Assembly: GCA_963761825.1 (NCBI GenBank) | Contig: CAVXIH010000005.1 | Coordinates: 160,303 to 224,302, forward strand | Length of the DNA stretch: 64,000 nt | From: an uncultured Acidobacteriota bacterium | Lineage (GTDB): Bacteria; Acidobacteriota; UBA6911 | Direction of reading: 5' to 3' | Notes under the pieces: model-generated | Database searches by the model: none | Told to the model about the DNA's origin: nothing | The model's input: the letters and a program-made list of their open reading frames with translations, nothing else | Shown here: in pieces, positions 60,498 through 64,000 of the stretch | Position numbering within the stretch: the stretch's first letter is position 1 | Layout of the letters: each line of letters opens with the position of its first letter | Made by a program: the position numbers and the translations under genes

Positions 60498-60498
60498 G

Positions 60499-60570
60499 CA
60501 AGTTACAGGTTAGCAGGTTACAGGTTCATGAACTTGAACCTGAAACCTGTAACGTGCAGCCTGCAACATA
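60499..60570. repeat. Imperfect palindrome of (CAGGTTA)n / (AACCTG)n 7-mers centred on ttcatgaa.
   Basis: agttacaggttagcaggttacaggttcatgaacttgaacctgaaacctgtaacgtgcagcctgcaaca. Confidence 0.7.
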
Positions 60571-60630
60571 TAGCGGCGCATCCCTGGATTGCGTCTGCCA
60601 CCAGCCTTGGTGTAAAAGCAAAGGAGGTGC

Positions 60631-61661
60631 GTGGATCCTCACGTTGTGATTGGCCTGAATGCGGTCATCATGGCGGTCACCGGGGGGATCTCCCCGAATC
60701 CTCACGGTCAGGAGAGCCCGGCACTCCCTGGCGGAGGAGCTGCAGCGCCTCCCGAATACGCTCAAGCCGGAAGCTTCCGATGCAATTCCCTTTGGCCCCT
60801 TCGATCCCGAGAGCGACCGCACGCTCGAACTGGGGTTGCGCCGCTGGGTACGCGAACAGACCGGCCTGGAACTGGGCTACGTCGAGCAGCTGTATACCTT
60901 CGGGGACAGGAACCGCGATCCATCCGAGGGCGCGGGCGGTCCTCGCGTTATTTCGGTGGCTTACCTGGCGCTGGTTCGCGAAGGCAAGCTGTCGGGCACG
61001 GCCGGCGCAGACTGGCGGGACTGGTATCTTTTTTTCCCTTGGGAGGACTGGCGCGCCGGCAAACCGGAAGTAATCGAAGAGTATATCGCCCCTGCGCTGG
61101 ACCAGTGGACGAAGGCCGCGCCAAACAGGCGGATCCGGCAGGAAAGGCGAGAGCGCAGCGACATCAATTTCGGACTGGGCGGCGCTCCCTGGGTTCCGGA
61201 GCGCGTACTGGAGCGGTACGAACTGATTTATGAAATTGAGCTCGCCGTCGAAGCGCTGAGGGACAGGGACAAGAAAACCCTTTTCAGACGAAATCGAGCA
61301 TGCCTTCCTGCGGCGCAGCAGATGGGCCATGCAATGACGCTGGATCACCGGCGGATGCTCGCGACTGCACTCGGAAGGCTTCGAGGCAAACTCAAATACC
61401 GCCCCGTAGTGTTCGAGCTTCTCCCCGGCTAGCTTTACTTTGCTGCAGCTGCAGCGCGTCGTCGAAGCGCTGGCCGGCGTTCATCTGCACAAGCAGAATC
61501 TACGGCGTCTCGTGGAAACAGGAGGGCTGGTTGAAGGCACCGGCCAGCTGGACCAGCGCACCGGCGGCCGGCCGGCCGAACTGTTCCGTTTTCGCCGAAA
61601 CGTACTGCGCGAACGCCCCGCCCCCGGAGTCGGCATCCCCGGCATCCGTCATTCCGGATAA
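60631..61661 (+). CDS. NrtR-like Nudix-related transcriptional regulator (Nudix fold plus C-terminal winged helix). Frameshifts near 60660 and 61435.
   Basis: GYVEQLYTFGDRNRDPSEGAGGPRVISVAYLAL (Nudix-like core). C-terminal wHTH QLQRVVEALAGVHLHKQNLRRLVETGGLVEGTGQ...GRPAELFRF found in the next ORF (61440-61661). Confidence 0.5.
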
Positions 61662-61767
61662 AGCTTGAATTCACATAAGATTCCGTGATTCGCTTCGGTC
61701 TCGCTGACTCAAAACGAAAACGTCGCTATAAAGAATCCGGAATTGACCATCATTCGATTGATAGTCG

Positions 61768-61799
61768 ATCCGGAATCAGGAATCAGGAATCTGGAATCA
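61768..61799. repeat. Tandem (GGAATCA)4 array in a convergent intergenic region.
   Basis: ccggaatcaggaatcaggaatctggaatca. Confidence 0.6.
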
Positions 61800-62731
61800 T
61801 TTGTAGGCCTTTACCAAACTTGCCACAACCTCCGCGGCAGGCAGAATTTCCTTGATCAATCCGACGGAGGAACCGGCATAGGCATCGCCATTTTCCAGGT
61901 CGCCCTCGATCTGCGCCTTTCGCCCGCGGCCGCGGCCGACAAACGTCTGAATGCTTTCGGCCGGAGCGCCCGATTTCTCCAGTACGGCAAGCTCCCGGGC
62001 AAACCCGCATTTGAGGCTTCTCGTGGGAACGTGCGCGCGTCTTGTCACGATGGTATCCGAATCCCGCGCATCGATGATCGCCTGCTTGTAGTTGGGATGC
62101 GCGATGCATTCTTCCGTCGCCACAAAGCGCGTGCCCAACTGCACGCCATGCGCCCCGAGAGCGAATCGCTGCCGCCAGTCCCCTCCCATCCACAATTCCG
62201 CCTGCCGCGATCACTGGAATGGAAATAGCATCCGCAACCAGAGGCACGAGGGACATCAGGGACAGTTCGTCCCGCCCGATGCGCCCTCCGGCTTCCATCC
62301 CCTCGGCGATCACGGCATCGACGCCGCACGATGCGGCACGCCTGGCCTGGATCACAGAACTGACGACATGCGCAACGCGGACACCCGCGGAATGAAGTAG
62401 CTCCGTGTAGAGCTTGGGATCTCCCGCGGCTGTTACCGCGATTTTGACTTGTTCCTGGAGCAGGATGTCGATCAGAAGCCCGCCCGCGGGCACATCGAGC
62501 GGGATATTGACGCCGAAAGGCTTCGGGGTTCGGTCTTGTGCGCCGAATCTGGAGGCGCAGATTCTGGAGAGGGTCCCCGTTTTCTTCCATCCCGGCATAG
62601 GGGCTGAGGACGCCCAGCGCACCGGCATTTGAAACCGCCGCCGCGAGTTCAGCGGAGGCAAGCCACAGCATCCCGCCTTGCAGGATCGGGTACTCAATGC
62701 CAAACAAGTCGCAGACGCTGTTTTTTGCCAC
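61797..62731 (-). CDS. Nitronate monooxygenase / FabK-like FMN-dependent enoyl reductase family (2 frameshifts).
   Basis: N-terminal CDLFGIEYPILQGGMLWLASAELAAAVSNAGALGVL. Middle SIPVIAAGGIVDGRGLAAA. C-terminal HGVQLGTRFVATEE. Confidence 0.65.
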
Positions 62732-62737
62732 GGCGTT

Positions 62738-62879
62738 TTAATCGGAGGAAGGCAACGGCTTCGGTTCCTGCAATTTCATTTCTTTGTCGCAGCACTTGAA
62801 TACTCCCTCGCCCGTCTTGGTGCAGAGAACTTCCATGCCGCACGTCTTCACATTTATATCTTTTCCCGAGCTGACTCAT
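62738..62879 (-). CDS. Desulforedoxin-like mini-protein, copy 2 (1-nt frameshift).
   Basis: MSQLGKRYKCE / TCGMEVLCTKTGEGVFKCCDKEMKLQEP. CxxC...CC spacing as in copy 1. Not in the supplied ORF track in the correct frame. Confidence 0.4.
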
Positions 62880-62891
62880 GGGACATCCCCC

Positions 62892-63011
62892 CTATTTTTT
62901 GATTTCCATCGGCTGGTCACAGCACGTTACCGTCCCATTGCCGCCGCGGGTGACGATGACTTCAGCTCCGCATTTTGCGCATTTGTATCGTTTGCCAACC
63001 TGGTTTGCCAT
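62892..63011 (-). CDS. Desulforedoxin-like 39-aa rubredoxin-type Fe(Cys)4 protein.
   Basis: MANQVGKRYKCAKCGAEVIVTRGGNGTVTCCDQPMEIKK. C-x-x-C then 15 residues then CC, the desulforedoxin signature. Below the 60-aa cutoff of the ORF track. Confidence 0.55.
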   Translation of the reverse strand: MANQVGKRYKCAKCGAEVIVTRGGNGTVTCCDQPMEIKK

Positions 63012-63026
63012 AGCTCATCCCTCTTT

Positions 63027-63728
63027 CTACAGTTCAATTTCTTTCAGGTCCGGGGCAATCAGAAGCCTTGGTTCCGTGACAGATTGTATATCTTCTACCG
63101 AGAGACCGGGAAAAATTTCCTTAAGCATCATTCCCTTGGGTGTGATTTCAATGACGGCCAAATCCGTGAAGATCATGTTGACCTTTTTCCTGGCCGTCGC
63201 GGGATAGGTCAGTTCCCGGACTATTTTGGACTTGCCGTCGTTTGTCGTGTGCTCCATTGCGATGAAAAGCTTCTTGGCGCCCGCGGCGAGGTCCATGGAT
63301 CCGCCGATATTCCCGACGCCATTCAATCCTCTTGATGGATTCAGCCACGACGCGAAATCACCCCACTCGTTGACCTGGAACGCTCCCATGACCGTGACAT
63401 CCACATGCCCGCCTCGAATCATGGAAAACGATTCGCAGATGTCAAAATAGACCGCTCCTTCCGCTTCCAGGACGGGCTGACAGCTGGCGTTGATGAGATC
63501 CTGGTCGACGTCATCCCCTTCCGCCAGGCTTCCGGTTTTCAGCATGCCTATCTCCGACTGAAGGATGACATCCCTGCCCTCCAGCCAGTTGCTCACGAGC
63601 GTGGGGATGCCGATGCCCAGGTTGACATAGGAATTATCTTCAATTTCTTTGCTCACCCTCAGCGCAATTATTTCGCGCGGGAGTCCTTCAAATTTTTTCA
63701 AAATCGCCTCCTGAAATTGCGGAGACAA
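63027..63728 (-). CDS. scoB: 3-oxoacid CoA-transferase subunit B.
   Basis: 233 aa intact. SENG-like active-site region (LQSEIGMLK / NLGIGIPTL) of family I CoA-transferase beta subunits. Confidence 0.9.
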   Translation of the reverse strand: MSPQFQEAILKKFEGLPREIIALRVSKEIEDNSYVNLGIGIPTLVSNWLEGRDVILQSEIGMLKTGSLAEGDDVDQDLINASCQPVLEAEGAVYFDICESFSMIRGGHVDVTVMGAFQVNEWGDFASWLNPSRGLNGVGNIGGSMDLAAGAKKLFIAMEHTTNDGKSKIVRELTYPATARKKVNMIFTDLAVIEITPKGMMLKEIFPGLSVEDIQSVTEPRLLIAPDLKEIEL

Positions 63729-63827
63729 TTTCGGTGACAGTCTCCTTATTTCATCCGCTATTCCAGCGACGACTGAAGCGGATTCTCCGAAATAAGGCGA
63801 CTGTCACCAAAATTATCTCCCGCCTAA

Positions 63828-64000
63828 CTACAGATTCGTAATATCAAATTTGATCCTGGGGACCTGCAAGACCCTCTGAACAAAAATACCCGGAGTATGC
63901 ACCGACTCCGGATCCAGACCTCCGGGCGCCGCCAGGTTCTCCACTTCCGCAATGGTGGTGCGGGCGGCCATCGCCATCACATGGTTAAAATTGCGGGCCG
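63828..64000 (-). CDS. scoA: 3-oxoacid CoA-transferase subunit A (3' end only; the gene continues beyond the window).
   Basis: Reverse translation gives ...ARNFNHVMAMAARTTIAEVENLAAPGGLDPESVHTPGIFVQRVLQVPRIKFDITNL*, which is ScoA C-terminal-like. Confidence 0.7.
   Translation of the reverse strand, partial: ARNFNHVMAMAARTTIAEVENLAAPGGLDPESVHTPGIFVQRVLQVPRIKFDITNL

Noticed and set aside
2731-61799. Possibility that the tandem-repeat elements form a CRISPR array or arrays
   Set aside because: The units are 6-7 nt with no unique spacers. The elements are palindromic and dispersed, and no cas genes are present.
1-64000. Calling the frameshifted genes pseudogenes, or the locus a decaying island
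   Set aside because: The breaks are single-base, hit essential housekeeping genes, and leave the flanking frames fully protein-like, several within homopolymers. Assembly indel error is more parsimonious. They are flagged rather than annotated as pseudogenes.

Overview
This is a 64-kb, GC-rich window from an anaerobe-like bacterium. A VWA protein of a kind I associate with Acidobacteriota hints at that lineage, but this is tentative. Gene content is mostly metabolic and envelope-related.

Main gene blocks, in order:
- 1-5.6 kb: four tandem multihaem c-type cytochromes (NapC/NirT-like membrane anchor plus three 11-13-haem proteins, two of them lipoproteins).
- 5.6-10.6 kb: Tat-exported Fe/Mn superoxide dismutase with a tandem BOF/YgiW-like lipoprotein, then a PhnD-like binding protein, NarX-like histidine kinase and NarL-like response regulator.
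- 10.6-14 kb: acs and a pentahaem cytochrome.
- 14-20.3 kb: FAD oxidoreductase, NDH-2, SDR-DUF2867, a GT39-like glycosyltransferase.
- 20.4-25.8 kb (minus strand): GlcD-like FAD oxidase, a 4x[4Fe-4S] HdrC/GlcF-N-like protein, MvhD-like, LarA-like, MetV and MetF.
- 26-31 kb: aceE, then MurU/AmgK-like cell-wall recycling genes.
- 31-39 kb: alpha-2-macroglobulin (yfhM) and pbpC.
- 39-48 kb: a wHTH-TPR regulator, a secreted unknown, a TerB-like gene inside a low-GC islet, a candidate selenoprotein, and a Macro/SIR2 pair.
- 48-64 kb: acnA, an Acidobacterial-type VWA protein, leuCD, kdsB-waaA-Nudix-murI, two acyl-CoA dehydrogenases, an NrtR-like regulator, a nitronate monooxygenase/FabK-like gene, two desulforedoxin-like mini-genes, and scoAB.

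Two global features:
- About half of the genes are broken by 1-nt frameshifts. The sites I could resolve were single-base insertions or deletions, several inside short homopolymers, so assembly indel error is more likely than real pseudogenes.
- A dense family of intergenic hairpins is built from 6-7 nt tandem repeats ((GGAATC)n, (CGGTAT)n, (CAGGTTC)n and so on), with at least 12 copies.

Most interesting candidates:
- A lipoprotein gene with an in-frame TGA in a GG-U-DGC motif, followed by a SECIS-like hairpin.
- A MetVF-centred redox cluster that lacks HdrA/B but carries GlcD/LarA partners.
- A Macro plus His-to-Gln sirtuin (SirTM-like) pair.
- A 170-nt structured leader upstream of yfhM.
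- 62-63 bp direct repeats flanking the TerB islet.

No rRNA, tRNA, CRISPR array or transposase was recognised.
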